Below are positions 15,936-30,558 of a stretch of 64,000 nt of DNA, piece by piece; position 1 is the stretch's first letter, and the number at the start of each line of letters is the position of its first letter. Both the position numbers and the translations under genes were made by a program. The notes under the pieces were generated by a model. That model was not told where the DNA came from. It did not search any database and worked only from the letters and a program-made list of their open reading frames with translations. Location: contig CP068257.2 of assembly GCA_009914755.4 (NCBI GenBank), positions 41,984,001 to 42,048,000 on the forward strand, given 5' to 3'. This stretch comes from the human T2T-CHM13v2.0 reference genome, Homo sapiens.

Positions 15936-16754
15936 CTAGGAGAAAGACATAAAATTACTCAAGATATTTCAAGTCACTAATCTCTCCCTAAGCATCTATT
16001 TTGCCCAGTCTTGACTTAGTAAAATGTGTACTGATTTCTTAGGTGAGAATATTTGCATTTCTTGACTTCTAGCCTGTCCTTGAATAACCAATATTCTAAC
16101 AGTCCTGTTCTCTAAGTTCATCTCAGTTTTTAGCCCACAGCACAAAGGACTTTGGTTGTTTTCTGTTTTGTGTTTTTAAGGTTTCACTTTACTGCCAGAC
16201 TAGTACTCAAGGCTTCAAGAAAACATGTTATTTAAAGGATGGAAGGCAGAGCTGAGAAGCCCGACTGTCTCATGGCACAGACTTGTCGCTACTCCATGAA
16301 AAGCAGAAGGCAGCTCAGGGAGTGCACGGCGCCAGCACAGGCTGATTCACAAAGCTAGTGTCACCCACTGGCAGACTGACTCAATGGGAACAACTGCAGT
16401 AGTAGGCACTGGAGGAGGGAAAGAACAGTGATAAAAATGAGAAAATGCTATAGTGAAAGAGTGGAAACTATGTAATACTTCCTCTCCACCGCACTCATTT
16501 AGTTGATGAGTCAACAACAGCCAACAAAAATCCCAAAAAAATCCACGTCAATAAATCAAGCAAAAGTACTATCAACTTTAAATTTAAAATTTTATGTTGC
16601 AGAAATACTGACACTCGAAAAAACAAATATATAATACAAATTTTTAAGTGTTTGATCTCAAAAGCTAGGAAATCATCAGTTTTTATGCCAACATATACCA
16701 AGATTTGAGGGTGCTAAGAGCTAATGGTCTAACTTCTTTGATTAAAGTAGCGAT

Positions 16755-16950
16755 GCTTTAGGACAATGATTCTCAAACTTTAGCGTACATCAGAATCCCT
16801 GGAGGACTTGATAATACAGAGTCGGCTGGGTTCCATCCACAGTTTCCAATTTGGAACGTCTGGGGTGAGCCTGAGAATTTACATTTCTAACAAGTTCCCA
16901 GATGAGACTCATGCTGCCTGTCTGGGACCCACACTTTGAGAACTACTTCT
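16755..16950 (+). mobile_element. MER5-type hAT-Charlie MITE
   Basis: ATTCTCAAACTTTAGCGTACATCAGAATCCCTGGAGGACTTG...GGGTGAGCCTGAGAATTTACATTTCTAACAAGTTCCCAGATGAGACTCATGCTGCCTGTCTGGGACCCACACTTTGAGAAC. Confidence 0.7.
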
Positions 16951-17576
16951 GGGCGATAACCTGGTCTCTCATCACCAATAAAATAAAATGAACATGCAAC
17001 ACATGACCAGCAACAGCAAACAAGGGAACCCATCCACAGGAATGTGAAAAAGCAAAAAAATGGAGAGTAATGGAAGGCAGCTACCTAATATTTGTCACAT
17101 GAAGGAATTTCACTTCTTTACACATTCCCTCTCCTAATCCTTGAACTGAGAAAAACACAAGGCAACTCTGGTTATCTGTTTCATTCTTGTACTGTCACTT
17201 GCGATGAGTGAGAAAGCCTCAAAGAGCCAGGCGCCTGGAAAACGGAACATTACTCCACCCTAGAGGAGAAAAAGCTCACAGACACTTCCTCAACTATCTG
17301 CAAACAAACGAGAAGCGGGTAGGGCTTTCGAATCTAGGGGTCTGAGAGGACAAGAGGAAGCCAGAATAAGACACTTGTGGGGACTGCTTAGAACCACACG
17401 TGTATCCCCAAAGCTCTAAAGGAAATGTTAAAAAGGAAGGAAGAAAGCAAGCTAGTCTCTAAATTTTCTAGAGACCCCGTCCTAGAAGAAAAATTAGAAC
17501 CTAAAAGTAAATATTCAGACCAGCTAAACATCATAAAATTGGCTGGCAAAGCTTCTCATAAAATGCGTTTCTTAGG

Positions 17577-17705
17577 GGCCCGGCTCGGTGGCTTATGCCT
17601 GTGTAATTACAGCACTTTGGAAAGCTGAGGTGGGAGGATCACTTGAGGCCAGGAGTTCGAGACCAGCCAGGGTAAGACTCCCATCTCTTAAAAAAAAAAA
17701 AAAAA
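17577..17705 (+). mobile_element. Free left Alu monomer with an A-tail
   Basis: GGCCCGGCTCGGTGGCTTATGCCTGTGTAATTACAGCACTTTGGAAAGCTGAGGTGGGAGGATCACTTGAGGCCAGGAGTTCGAGACCAGCC. Confidence 0.75.
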
Positions 17706-18743
17706 AAGTGGTTCTCAGAAATAGAGCAGAGTGCCTTTGGACTATTTCCTCTCCCTCAAATCACAGTTTCATTTTCTGCTCTTTTAAGAAATATTGTGCC
17801 ACAATGACTTTCACTGGAATTCTTGATTTTATCCTAATCCCAGCCAAAAAATCAACTAGGAAGCACTATGCTTTAAAAACTACATACTTGCATTATTTGT
17901 AACAAAGTTAAATGGAAATACATTATTTATACACATACACACTACAATCATATGAAATACCACCTATGGTCACAGACAAAAATGAACAAACTGAAAAACT
18001 GAGATGAAATTTGTGATTTAAAATTTTTTCTTTGCATTTAACTGTTAAATTTGGCTTCTACTATTAAACGGTATATTACTCAAACATGGTAAAAGAGACA
18101 GGAAATCTCTACAAGCCTTATCATGTGTAAAAACCTGTGGGAATTAACTTTGACCACCCAAAACGGCTCTCTTGCATTACGGTAATTTCATAATCACTTG
18201 TTCCAGACAGCTGTATGCAACCCTAGTGTAAGTTAACATACCAAAGGGACAGGGTTAAAACATCCCACTCTACGATAGGCAATCTCATAGAATTCCAGTC
18301 AGTCATCAGGGAGGCCACACCCATCTACGCCAGGCTCCTGGGGAGGTGACAAGTGCCCTTCTGCTGTATGAGGCCGCCACCTTGTGGCCAGATGGGAGCA
18401 TTGCTGCTGCCTCGGAACAGAACCCTGACCTTGCATTTTCAACTTGGCCCCACTGCATGCATGCTACCTAAAAGCACCCTGAAGGCAGGGATTTGCATAG
18501 GTTTTCTTCTATGCCCACCCTCCAAATGTCTATATGGAATATAGTAGGCAATACATAAATATTTGTCACATAAATTTATTTCACTTCTTTATACATTCCT
18601 TCTGCTAATCTTTGAACCAAGAAAAACACATGGCTACTTTATCTGTATGTCTCATTCTCATACAATAAGAATATATTACTTTTATATTTTTTTAAGCCCA
18701 GAGACAGAAATAATATGAACAGTGAATATTACAAACAACCTAA

Positions 18744-19068
<325 letters not shown>

Positions 19069-19255
19069 CAGTCCATAATCCTTTCTTAATACAGGTCTAA
19101 TAACATGAGAATGGCTGTGTCTCTTGATGCTCAATTTATTCACAGGGAGGGTACAGAAAGCTAGAAAGGAAAATAAGGGTTTCTAAAACACTAATCAAAG
19201 AAAACTGCACAAACGGCGTCAATTTATCTTACCATTTCTTTATCACCTGGTATGT

Positions 19256-19495
19256 GAGGTCAGGAGTTCAAGAGCAGCCTAGACAACATGGCAAAACCCC
19301 ATCTCTACTAAAAATACAAAAATTAGCCCAGCGTGGTGGTACACGCCCATAGTCCCAGCTACTCGGGAGGCTGAGGTATGAGGACTGCTTGAACCTGGGA
19401 GGCGGAAGTTGCAGTGAGCCAAGATCACGCCAGTGCGCTCCAGCCTGGGCGACAGAGCAAGACTTCATCTCAAAAAAAAAAAAAAAAAAAAAAAA
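19256..19495 (+). mobile_element. Alu, 5'-truncated (starts at GAGGTCAGGAGTTCAAGA); A25 tail
   Basis: GAGGTCAGGAGTTCAAGAGCAGCCTAGACAACATGGCAAAACCCCATCTCTACTAAAAATAC... Confidence 0.85.
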
Positions 19496-20559
19496 CTAAA
19501 ATCAATCTTGCTGAACTCAAATTAATTCTGTTGATTTCCCAAACCAGAGTCAGGGAATTTTGCTTTTCATTCACTGACACACATATATGACATGAACAGC
19601 AGAGCGGTCACGGGTGATATTAAAACACCACACACCTCTTCCGCCTCCATCTTGACCACCTTGCCACCTTCTCTGTCCATAAGCTCCCCAAGTGTTTTTT
19701 TTCCCTCTACTTTCCTATGTTCTGGACAATCTCCACCCTGATCTGTGCCCCAAGAGGCAGATGTGAAGACCCACAGTAACAAGGCTCCCTCGTCCTATGG
19801 CTTCCTGTTGGATGCAATAGCAGCCCCGCAGGAAACTGGAGGACTAGAGAAGATGACCAAGGATGGGACATGTCTCCCCACTCCATCCTCCCTGCTGGGC
19901 TTCATCCTCCTGGGTGAGGTCCCAGGTGCTGTCAAGCATCTTGTCTGGAGCAACGCCTCTCGCCACGTCTGGTACCTCTCTCCCTTCTGCTCCTTCAGCC
20001 CAGGGGAGGCAATGGCGCTCCACTCGTTAGTTCCCGGATGCTTCTTTCTCCAGGCACTGGTTCCCCCAACCCTGATCACACTTTAATCTCTTCACTTTAC
20101 TCCGTTTACTCCTTTTGTTCCCTGCCAGGATATGGATGTGACACACTCTTCATGTTCTTTTATCTGGGCCACAATAAACTCCGAGTCAAAGTAATAATCC
20201 TTTTTTGGTGCTGACTCTTTGGTTCTACTCTTCATGGATATTTCTCAAGTTCTTATTTCTACAGACTACAAATAATTCTTCCCAGAACTGAAATGGGGGT
20301 ACCCCGTATCAAACTCTCAGGAAATTAATCTCAAAATATCCTACACTTTAGAAATCACATAGCGCAGTGGTTTTCAAATCCTACTGCTAAGAATCTAAGA
20401 GTACCTGGGGAACAACTACAGTCCCATAAACATTCAATTAATATCTCCATTTTACAATGTTATTTACAATTTTTATTTGGAAGTAATTTCAAATTCACAA
20501 AAACTAATGCCAAAAAAAATTCCTGTTATCTCTCTTTACCCAGACTTACCTACTATTAA

Positions 20560-21002
<443 letters not shown>

Positions 21003-21663
21003 TCAAATATCTCACCAGCGTATCATGGCTACACTAGTTCGCATTCACTGCTGATATTTTCAATGACCAAAACAAGGCTGGTTCACATTAACATCAAAAA
21101 ACATATAAACAAATTTTAAAAGGTTAAAATTATTTAACATTTTAATTATTTCAGAAATGAGGCCAACATTTTAGGTGTGCTGTCAACATACAAAAATAAT
21201 TCCAGCTCCTCTGAGACTGTCAGTGAATATCTGACTGCCACTAAGGTGCCAAATTGTCAAATGCAGCATAATGCATGAAAAGTGTTTTCTGTAAGACAAT
21301 GAAGATTTAAACAGACTGAATGGCTTTTTTATTATTTCTCTCCAAAATGAACAATTGCCAATCAAGGAAAGCAAAGAATTGCTCGATCTTAGCGATTTAA
21401 TTGTAAAACAAAAATATCTGACTCCTCTTATTTCAAGCTTCATATCAGTTTAATTAGAAAGTGTCTTCATGTTGCTAGGTGAACTACTTCAAAACCACCA
21501 TCTGCAACTCCTTATCTGTGGGATTGTGTCTTCTTGCGACTTCACAAGCAAAACTAAAAACAAACTGGATGCTGAAAGTGATCATCCAAGTACCTTCCAA
21601 AATCCCTGATACTAAATTTGTGTTTTCATCGCACCACCTTCATTGTACTTACTGATTTTATAA

Positions 21664-22047
<384 letters not shown>

Positions 22048-22172
22048 CATAAAATTTTATTTATAAAAAATAGGATTTTCCTAGTTTTAAACAAATTTTT
22101 GATACCCACTGATTTATTCACCACTGTTGGATGAATAAAGCACAAGAAGGGATGAAAGAAAACAGAGGGTGA

Positions 22173-22550
<378 letters not shown>

Positions 22551-23647
22551 CGGTTTACATCTCTTGCAAACATAGCTGAGTCTTACTCGAACCTCCCTAA
22601 ACTTTTCCCAAACTCATGAAGTGACAATGGCCGAGCCAGAAGCTAAGCTGCTGGGCTGTGAATTGGAGTCTCTCTTCATTTCCCCAAGGGTTCACATAGT
22701 TTCCCACACCATCTGAGGAGGTGTTATTTACCAGGGACTCCTATGAGCCAGTCACAGTGGCACACACCTTACAGAGCTTATCTCATTTTAAGCTTTGCCA
22801 TAGCCTATGAGGTAAGCATTACTGTCCACATTTTGTAGACACTAATCAGCAGGCAGTATATAGATGATCCTGTATCTCCATACTCTCACTGCCGATCATA
22901 AATCATGACACTTTGTCCTGACTTAACCACCAAGACTAATCAAACGTCCCTTCCATTCCATCCATACAGCCACAGTCCCACACACTAATGGAACTCACGA
23001 CCTTCCTTGATGAATGCTCTAATTCATCTTCCACCCAATTCTTCAAACCTATCCTACACTCACCTATAAAAACCATTCTCCTAAAAAACGTCATTTTGAT
23101 CACTATTTTGATGGTTATTTCCATGTGGTAATTTCCAGTTGACTCTCATCTCAAATTAAAAACAATCTATGATTGTCTTCCATAAACTGTTCATTTTCCA
23201 TCCCTAATTCTGCTATACCCCCAATCCTTATTCCATACAGCAATCAAACACTAGCTGATGAACCTGCAATCGGTCCTGCTCAATCCCATGTGTGACTTTC
23301 ACATGCCACCGCCCTGGCCTAGAATATCTCCCCTTCTCCTCCTAACAAATCATGCCTCTCCCCAGTACCCATCAACTCCCTAAGACTCTCAGGCAACACC
23401 TTCGTCAGTATTATTGCAAACTGCCATTTACCTTGCCCAGTCCTCCCAAAGGGAGATGCTGGGCTAGAGTCAAAATCAAGCCCCATTCGCTACTTGATGT
23501 GTCACCTCAATCCTCTAGCTGGCTTACAAGTTACTGTATAGCCCAAGCCCATCCAAACAAAACTATATCCACACTCTAAAAGAAACTTCTCAAATCAGGT
23601 CTACTCCTTCCCTGCCTGTATTCATTCCTACCTTCAGGTTGCCTTTA

Positions 23648-24041
<394 letters not shown>

Positions 24042-24395
24042 TCAGTATGTCAAACGGCTCTTGCTGCCACAGTACAATCGTGAATTTCCTCTGTAGAGCT
24101 CTATTCTTAGAGTCATGTCTAGCATGATTAGTCTAGGAAGACAGGCTCGTGGGAAGGCTTGGGGAGGGCCATCAGATCTAGGCCTTATAAAAAGAAGAAT
24201 TTTTATTTTTCTTGATGTTGGCTAAATGGTAAAAACTCAAAAGCCAAAATTAGATAAAAGATGCCTTAGGAGGCCACAGTAAACCTCCTGGAACCAGCCC
24301 AGCCCAATCTGATCCTTCCTTTCTGTTAACACCACGTTTCCTGGAGCACATGTGAGTTTCATGAGATAGGACTGCAAACTAGAAAGAAGGGCATC

Positions 24396-24680
24396 AGGCC
24401 AGGCGCAGTGGCTCATAACTGTAATCCAGTGCTTTGGGAGGCCGAGGCGGGCAGATCACCTGAGGTCAGGAGTTCAAGACTAGTCTGGCCAACGTGGTGA
24501 AACCTGGTCTCTAACTAAAAATACAAAAATTAGCTGGCGTGGTGGCACACACCTGTAATCCCAGCTACTCGGGAGACTGAGGCAAGAGAATCGCTTGAAC
24601 CCAGGGGGCAGAGGTTGCAGGGTTGCAGTGAGCTGAGATCATGCCACTGCACTCAAGCCTGGGCAACAGAGTGAGACTCG
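24396..24680 (+). mobile_element. AluS, whose tail is replaced by the polypurine tract
   Basis: GGCCAGGCGCAGTGGCTCATAACTGTAATCCAGTGCTTTGGGAGGCCGAGGCGGGCAGATCACCTGAGGTCAGGAG... Confidence 0.85.
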
Positions 24681-24845
24681 GAAGAAAGAGAGAAAGAGAG
24701 ACACAGAGAGAGAGAGAGAGAGAAAAGGGAAAGGAAGGGAAGGGGAAGGGAAGGGAAGGGGAAGGGAAGGGAAGGGGAAGGGAAGGGGAGGGGAGGGGAG
24801 GGAAGGGAAGGGAGAAGGAAGGAAGAGAGAGAGAGAAAGAAAGAA
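24680..24845. repeat. About 165-bp pure polypurine/polypyrimidine tract: (GA)n then (GGGAAG / GGAA / GGGGAGG)n
   Basis: AAGAAAGAGAGAAAGAGAGACACAGAGAGAGAGAGAGAGAGAAAAGGGAAAGGAAGGGAAGGGGAAGGGAAGGGAAGGGGAAGGG...GAGAGAGAGAAAGAAAGAAGG. Almost no pyrimidine on the plus strand after 24700. Confidence 0.9.
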
Positions 24846-27800
24846 GGGCATGCAGAGACAGTAGGGTGCTCCCTCAAGACCGAATAATCAGCCAGGGAGA
24901 TAATGACAGACAAAATCAGGGGCCGAGATAATGACAGATAAAATCAGGGGCCCTGCACTCCCAACAGCTTATAAAGTAAAATGGAAATAAAACCATGTGT
25001 CTGAAGGAAGCATAGGGTACCATGACAACATTTCAAAGGAAGATTGATCATGTCGAGGTAGTCAGATTAGGCAGTGACTCTGAGCCGGGGCTGTGCCCAA
25101 TAATATAAAGCCTTTTAAGCCGTAGTATGGTTTTGCTTAGGTTTTTGGATGATAATGAGTCTGGGTGGGGTTTTTAGGTTTTTGCTCTTTATCCTAAAAA
25201 CAAAGAGAAGCGTCTGAAGACTTACGCAGGTGAATGGCATCATCAGATTGAACTGCCACAAACTACTCAGGCTACAGTGTGTCTGAGGGACTGGAGAGTG
25301 GCAGTGAGGAGACCGCCAGGAGGAGGCAGAACACAGCAGTGGAGACAGACGCAGGCTGATGATTCAGGATGCATCCATGAAGTAACACTCACAAGACTTA
25401 CTAGCGGACAGGTTTCATGCGGAGTAGTGAGGAAGAGAGACAGGTAACAAGGAAGACTCCTGGGTCTCTAGTCTGGGTGTTGGTGCTCTGGGGAGACTGA
25501 GGCAGGCCAGTGTAAGACAGGGGCAGGGAACAGATAGCATGAGGCAGATATGACAACAGGAAGTAAAAATCAGCTTGCACCGAGAAAGCAAAAGTCTGTC
25601 CTGACTTCTGTCAGGCTGGAATAACAAACACAGATAAAGTCAGGTGCCAAGTTAACAGAAAATATCTCTCAAAGACAATGCAACTGTAAAGTGTCATAAT
25701 GACCTCTTCTTTGAGTGACTGCTAACTTCTTATTCACTGAGAAGCCTTATTCTGTAAAATCCCAGACTCGCACAAATTTTGTTCTTTGAAATTATACAAG
25801 TAAGAAGATCCCACTCTTGCCTGCAGGATCTAAGTCACTGTGACACAGAAAAGAACCCTATTTCCAGCTACTGCAGAGCTTCAAGTAAGGGATTTCTAGA
25901 ACAATGTTCCACGTCTATTTGAACGTTGTAGTTTTCAAGGAAACGGGACCTGGGTCCGCTTCGCAGTCAGACTTAATATTGGTCCCTTTAGACACAGTTC
26001 TATTTTGCTTCATTTATGCTTCACCTAATACCACTCTGTCTCCAAGTCCTACAACAACTCTATCCTCTTTTTTGTTGACATGCCCCACAGTTTCTCGGTG
26101 TTCTGGTATGGTCTTCCTCACTGCAAAGAGCCATAAACCTCACTCTGTCAGACTGTGGGTCTGTTCCTGGCGACCTTAGACTGATTAGGCTAGGGCAGAC
26201 ATTTAGAATTTGAAATAATCATGAAACAAGCAGGAAGAAATGCCAAGTCGGAGTCAGGCACAAGGCCGTGAGCTTGGAGAGTTCTGGGCTAGAGAGTAAA
26301 TCCAGCAGCCACTGGCATCAAGACGGTAACTGAAGCTGTGAGTGTGCATGAGACTGCCTAGGGAGAAGCCATGGGGTGAGGCAATGAGCGGGGCCTAGGC
26401 CTGAGTCTCAAGCCCTATTGGAAGGCTGCAAAGCAGAGAAGGATAAATTTCAGCAAAGGGGAATAAGCAGGAATTGCCAGAGAGACTATGGGGAAAAAGG
26501 TGACTCTATAGCCTGGGAAAGGCCGGGACTATGAGATAAGATCTCCCAAAGGCAGACTGTGATCAAGTGACCACAGATTTGTTTGTGGCCCTCACTCGGT
26601 TTGATTTTGGCAGCGGGACTGATCACTAAAGACACTCATGTTAACTAACTCATGAGACCCTGATGTATTTTTTAGAATGCCAGTTTATTAATTTACAGTG
26701 AGAATATAACCAACCAGCAGGCTGCCATACGCTGCTACTGGTGTATGCCTATTTACCTTCCTTTCCTGAAGATAAATGCACAAGGAATGACTAATCTCAG
26801 AAAGTTGCTGGATGAGCATGAAATCAAAACTAGAGAAATTAGAAGTCAATGACCTGGCATTCTGGCAACCAATGACACGCCATGTATCTGGCAGAGTCCC
26901 AGTGGGAAAGAGAAATCAACCCAGATGTTGAGACTTTTCTGAAGGGACCACTTACAGAGGGGAGAGCAGAGATAACAGAACCACCAAGGGACAGCGAGGT
27001 ACCCAGGGACTAGCAACAGCCCTACAGCCACAGGAGCAGGGGCAGTCCAGCAAGAGCTAGGACTACGGAAGAGGCCTCTAGACAGGAGTCTCTGTTGTGG
27101 AGGGATGCAGCTACTGCCACAAAACAGCAGCAAAGCAGGGAGGGAGCAGGAAGAAACACCCCAACCTCTCTCTCCACCCAGCAATGCCTTCCATTGGTGA
27201 GCCCCACTGGCAGCCAGCAAGGGAACCAGGAGAGCCCCATCTGTAGGGATCTACCTCCCAGAGCACACCACAGGGCAGAGAAGACTGGATCCAAGGACTT
27301 CGGAGAGAATATAAACAGGACAAGGTACGGTGGATGAGAACTGTCCCTTCTAACTGGATGTGGCTGGCCCACTGACCAGATACGTTTGCACATGCCAGAA
27401 ACTCATATTCTCGGGGTGAGCTATCTTCTTGTCTGGACAAGTGCTACAGCTACCTGGGCCCCCTGGATGCACCTTTTCTAGAGGGCACACAGGGAGGGAT
27501 AACAACCAAATGTCATGCAGTAAATTGGCCTTTACCGTCAAAGGCTGATTTAATCATGATTTGGCCTCAATCAAGCAAGTGCTGAGACAATCTCAGAGTA
27601 TGTCCAGGAACTTCAATAGGCTCCTAAACTGGTATTCAACATAACAGCTCAGCTCAAATCTCAAAAGTCTGAATGGACACCAGAAAGCCTAAACTTCAAT
27701 CAGTTCTAGATACTGGCTCACCCATCCACCTAAAGATAAGTGAACACACTTCCAGCTATCTCTACTGACAAGTAAACTCCATGCAAGGTTTCCATTTGGC

Positions 27801-28129
27801 AAGATCCTTAACTTACACAGTAAGTACTTAATTTTCAGAATAGAGCTTTTCAGTTATCAAAAGTATAAAATTCTTCTGCCAATGAAGAGAGAGAGAAAGA
27901 GAAGCTGTTAATAGATGCTCAGAAAACTGGCAACCAACTTATACCAACTTACATATGTCCAAGTCACTACACTGAGGAAACCTCCCTTTCTTAGGTCATC
28001 AGACTCTCCCAAATATCATCACAAGGACTGTAAGAGTACCTTAAAATTCGTTTACAATTATTTACCTAGGGTAAATCTGCTAGAACAAATTACTGTTACC
28101 ACCAATGACTGCTGAAAATGAAGACTCAC

Positions 28130-28280
28130 TTTTTTCTACAATCTTTAATTTCTGGAAGCTCTCCAGCACCTCCCCATTTAGTATTCTGGGTAAGAAGTCC
28201 CGTATTTGCATCACTTCAGTTGTCAGCCGTTCCAGATCCTTCTTTCTGACTTTAACAAATTCCTCTTTAGTTCCCATGTG
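28130..28280 (-). CDS. HSF2BP: HSF2BP exon 2 (HMGTKEEFVKVRKKDLERLTTEVMQIRDFLPRILNGEVLESFQKLKIVEK + 1 nt)
   Basis: ORF track 28080-28277(-) gives MGTKEEFVKVRKK.... Acceptor TTTTAG sits immediately upstream (plus-strand CT at 28281-28282). Donor GTGAGT follows GAA AAA A, with the last exon base at 28130. Confidence 0.92.
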
Positions 28281-28511
28281 CTAAAAGAACAAGCAGATCT
28301 TATTATATTTCTCTTCACATGAGAAAAAAAACAACAGCTCAAGTTAACTTGCTTTTCTTTCACACCTCTTATGTGCATCGTTGTTTCAAATCATGTCTCT
28401 ACCTACTGTATATTCTGCTATAGATATATTTTATGTACATACAAACATTTTGAAAGCTGAAGCTTCAGCCTTCAAAAAGGGAGCCAGATGTTAAAAATAA
28501 TAAGGACAAAC

Positions 28512-28630
28512 AGGCCAGGCATGGTGGCTCACACTTGAAATCCCAGGAATTTGGGAGGCCAGGAGTTCAAGACCAGTCTGAGCAACATGGAGAGACCCTG
28601 TCACTACAAAAATATGAAAACGTGCCCAGG
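28512..28630 (+). mobile_element. FLAM-like Alu monomer (HSF2BP intron 1)
   Basis: AGGCCAGGCATGGTGGCTCACACTTGAAATCCCAGGAATTTGGGAGGCCAGGAGTTCAAGACCAGTCTGAGCAACATGG. Confidence 0.7.
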
Positions 28631-28631
28631 A

Positions 28632-28910
28632 GGCCCGGCGCAGTGGCTCACGCCTGTAATCCCAGCACTTTGGGAGGCCGAGGCGGGTGGATCACCTGAG
28701 GTCAGGAGTTCAAGACCAGCCTGACCAGTATGGTGAAACTCCATCTCACTAAAAATACAAAAATTAGCCAGGTGTGGTGGCCGGCGCCTGTACGCAGCAG
28801 GCTGACACGGGAAGAAGGCTTGAGCTCAGGAGTTGGAGGCTGCAGTGAGCTATGATCGTGCCACTGCACTCCAGTCTGGGCAACAGAGCAAGACCACGAA
28901 AAAGAAAAGT
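28632..28910 (+). mobile_element. AluS (HSF2BP intron 1, 320 bp upstream of exon 2 on the minus strand)
   Basis: AGGCCCGGCGCAGTGGCTCACGCCTGTAATCCCAGCACTTTGGGAGGCCGAGGCGGGTGGATCACCTGAGGTCAGGAG... Confidence 0.85.
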
Positions 28911-29603
28911 CATACAAGAGCTCTATTCCTAAAAGTCAAAGAAAACGCCTGCAACTTTTTATCACTGCAGCACCAAACTAATCAGGAGGAAAAGGAAGTC
29001 ATCTGGTTTCCTACTGGGTTTGCCAAGCCCTCCGCCCGTGATCTCATCTACTATTCACCCCAAGCCTCCAAGATTGTCTAGATGGAAATTAAGGCACGGG
29101 AGCTAGATGACTCTCAATGCAGCACAATTAATAACGGGTGGAAGCAGGATGTGAACACGGATCTGGCCCCAGTCCAAGCGCCTTCTCCATCGCATGCAAT
29201 CAGTTACAGTTATAAAATCGATGGAGGGCAGATTCTCTCTAAGCCTGACGCTAAGTCCCGAAGCAGGGGGCCAGGGCCTTCGGAGGGGAACTGGGCTTCC
29301 ACGGAGCAGAGAAGAGAGTGACCATCCATCCCACGCTCCCATGCCCGCTTTGGCGCCACTGAGTGCCCCCACCACGCGCAGCCTCACAGACCGGGTCCCC
29401 GCGTGGGTTTGGAGGCGAAGTCGCCTCCCGCCCCAGGTCTCCACCCCGCTCCGGCCCAGCCCACGCCGTTAGGGGAGGAAGTCTCCAGGCTTCCCCCAAG
29501 CACGCGACAGCGAGCCGTCTCCGAGCGCACGGGGCGAGGCCCTGAGGGGAGCGAATGGCGACGGTTCAAACACGCTGGCGTCGGCCAGGGCTTCCTCACT
29601 AAC

Positions 29604-29639
29604 CCGGCAGGCCTCCTCAGCGGCGCCCGCTTCGCCCAT
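29604..29639 (-). CDS. HSF2BP: HSF2BP coding exon 1 (CDS part only: MGEAGAAEEACR); the 5'UTR continues upstream at higher coordinates and its TSS is unknown
   Basis: Reverse complement of 29604-29639 is ATGGGCGAAGCGGGCGCCGCTGAGGAGGCCTGCCGG. It is followed on the minus strand by donor GTTAGT (29603-29602). Phase 0 joins to the next exon starting CAC ATG GGA. Confidence 0.85.
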
Positions 29640-30558
29640 GGCCGCTGCCGCCTCCGCTCCGTTCGCCTGAGCGTCGGCGCGCCCTCTGACCCCTCACGCC
29701 AGAAAGCGCGGGAACGAATCCACGCCGGGGGTCGGGAACGGAGAGCCGCCAGGCCCAAACCTCCCAGAATTTGCGCAGTATTCTCGGCCTAGAGAGCGAG
29801 GAGTGGCCTTGGCGAGGTCCCTCTTTGGCTCTTCTGGCTTAGCCGGGGTTTTAAACTTGTTATCTGCAAAGCAGAAGGAAAGTCAGCCCCTGATGTAAGT
29901 GTCAAGTAAAATAAATCGGATGGGTCCTTTCCTGTTTGGCGAGGAATGCTACACTAAGGGGGACTGCGTTCAAATGGGCAGTCTTTGCTGGAAACCTCGC
30001 CTCCGCGCGCCTTCCCTCGCTCGGATTCAGGCGCTTTTACGTTAAGGGTTGAATTTTTGTGTCAACAGGCACCTCGGGAGGTCGCCTAGACAACTGAGCG
30101 GAGCAACTGAGATAACCCCCGCTACGTGTGGAGTGACCTAGTCCATTAACTTGCCCCAGCACGCCCGCTGAGTCCGCAAAATATAGGATGGCCTCGGGTT
30201 TTAGATGAACCCAAAGCTAAGATTTCTTCCCTCTCTGGAATTAGCAAGCAGCCCGCCCTGCCCAACTCCCCTGGAAGCGCGCGTGCTCGCCAGGCCTCGG
30301 GACGCCTGCGCGGGCGCCCTTGCACTGGCACCAGGGCTCCGGGGTAGGGGCGCACCGATCTGCCCAAGCCTCTGCAGGCACTGGAGGAAGGCGAGCCCTC
30401 CACCCGCTCAACAGGCCCCAGTGCCGGCCTTTCCTTCCAGTCTCAACTCCACCCGGGGGCCCGGGGGCTCCACAGTTAAAAACTCCACGCCACGGAGATC
30501 GCAGGTAAGCTGCTGGCTCAACGAGGTGTGCTAAATGGGATTAAAGATCCTGGACCGT

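Noticed and set aside
26846-27541. Cluster of overlapping both-strand ORFs of 110-125 aa
   Set aside because: There is no codon-usage asymmetry, no splice-site context and no resemblance to known proteins. It is consistent with GC-moderate non-coding intron sequence.
29363-29792. Several ORFs of 100-130 aa on both strands around HSF2BP exon 1 (29384-29758 minus, 29403-29792 plus, 29194-29472 plus)
   Set aside because: They are GC-rich CpG-island sequence with long stop-free stretches in every frame. Only the 36-nt ATG segment at 29639-29604 (minus) matches a known protein and joins to exon 2.
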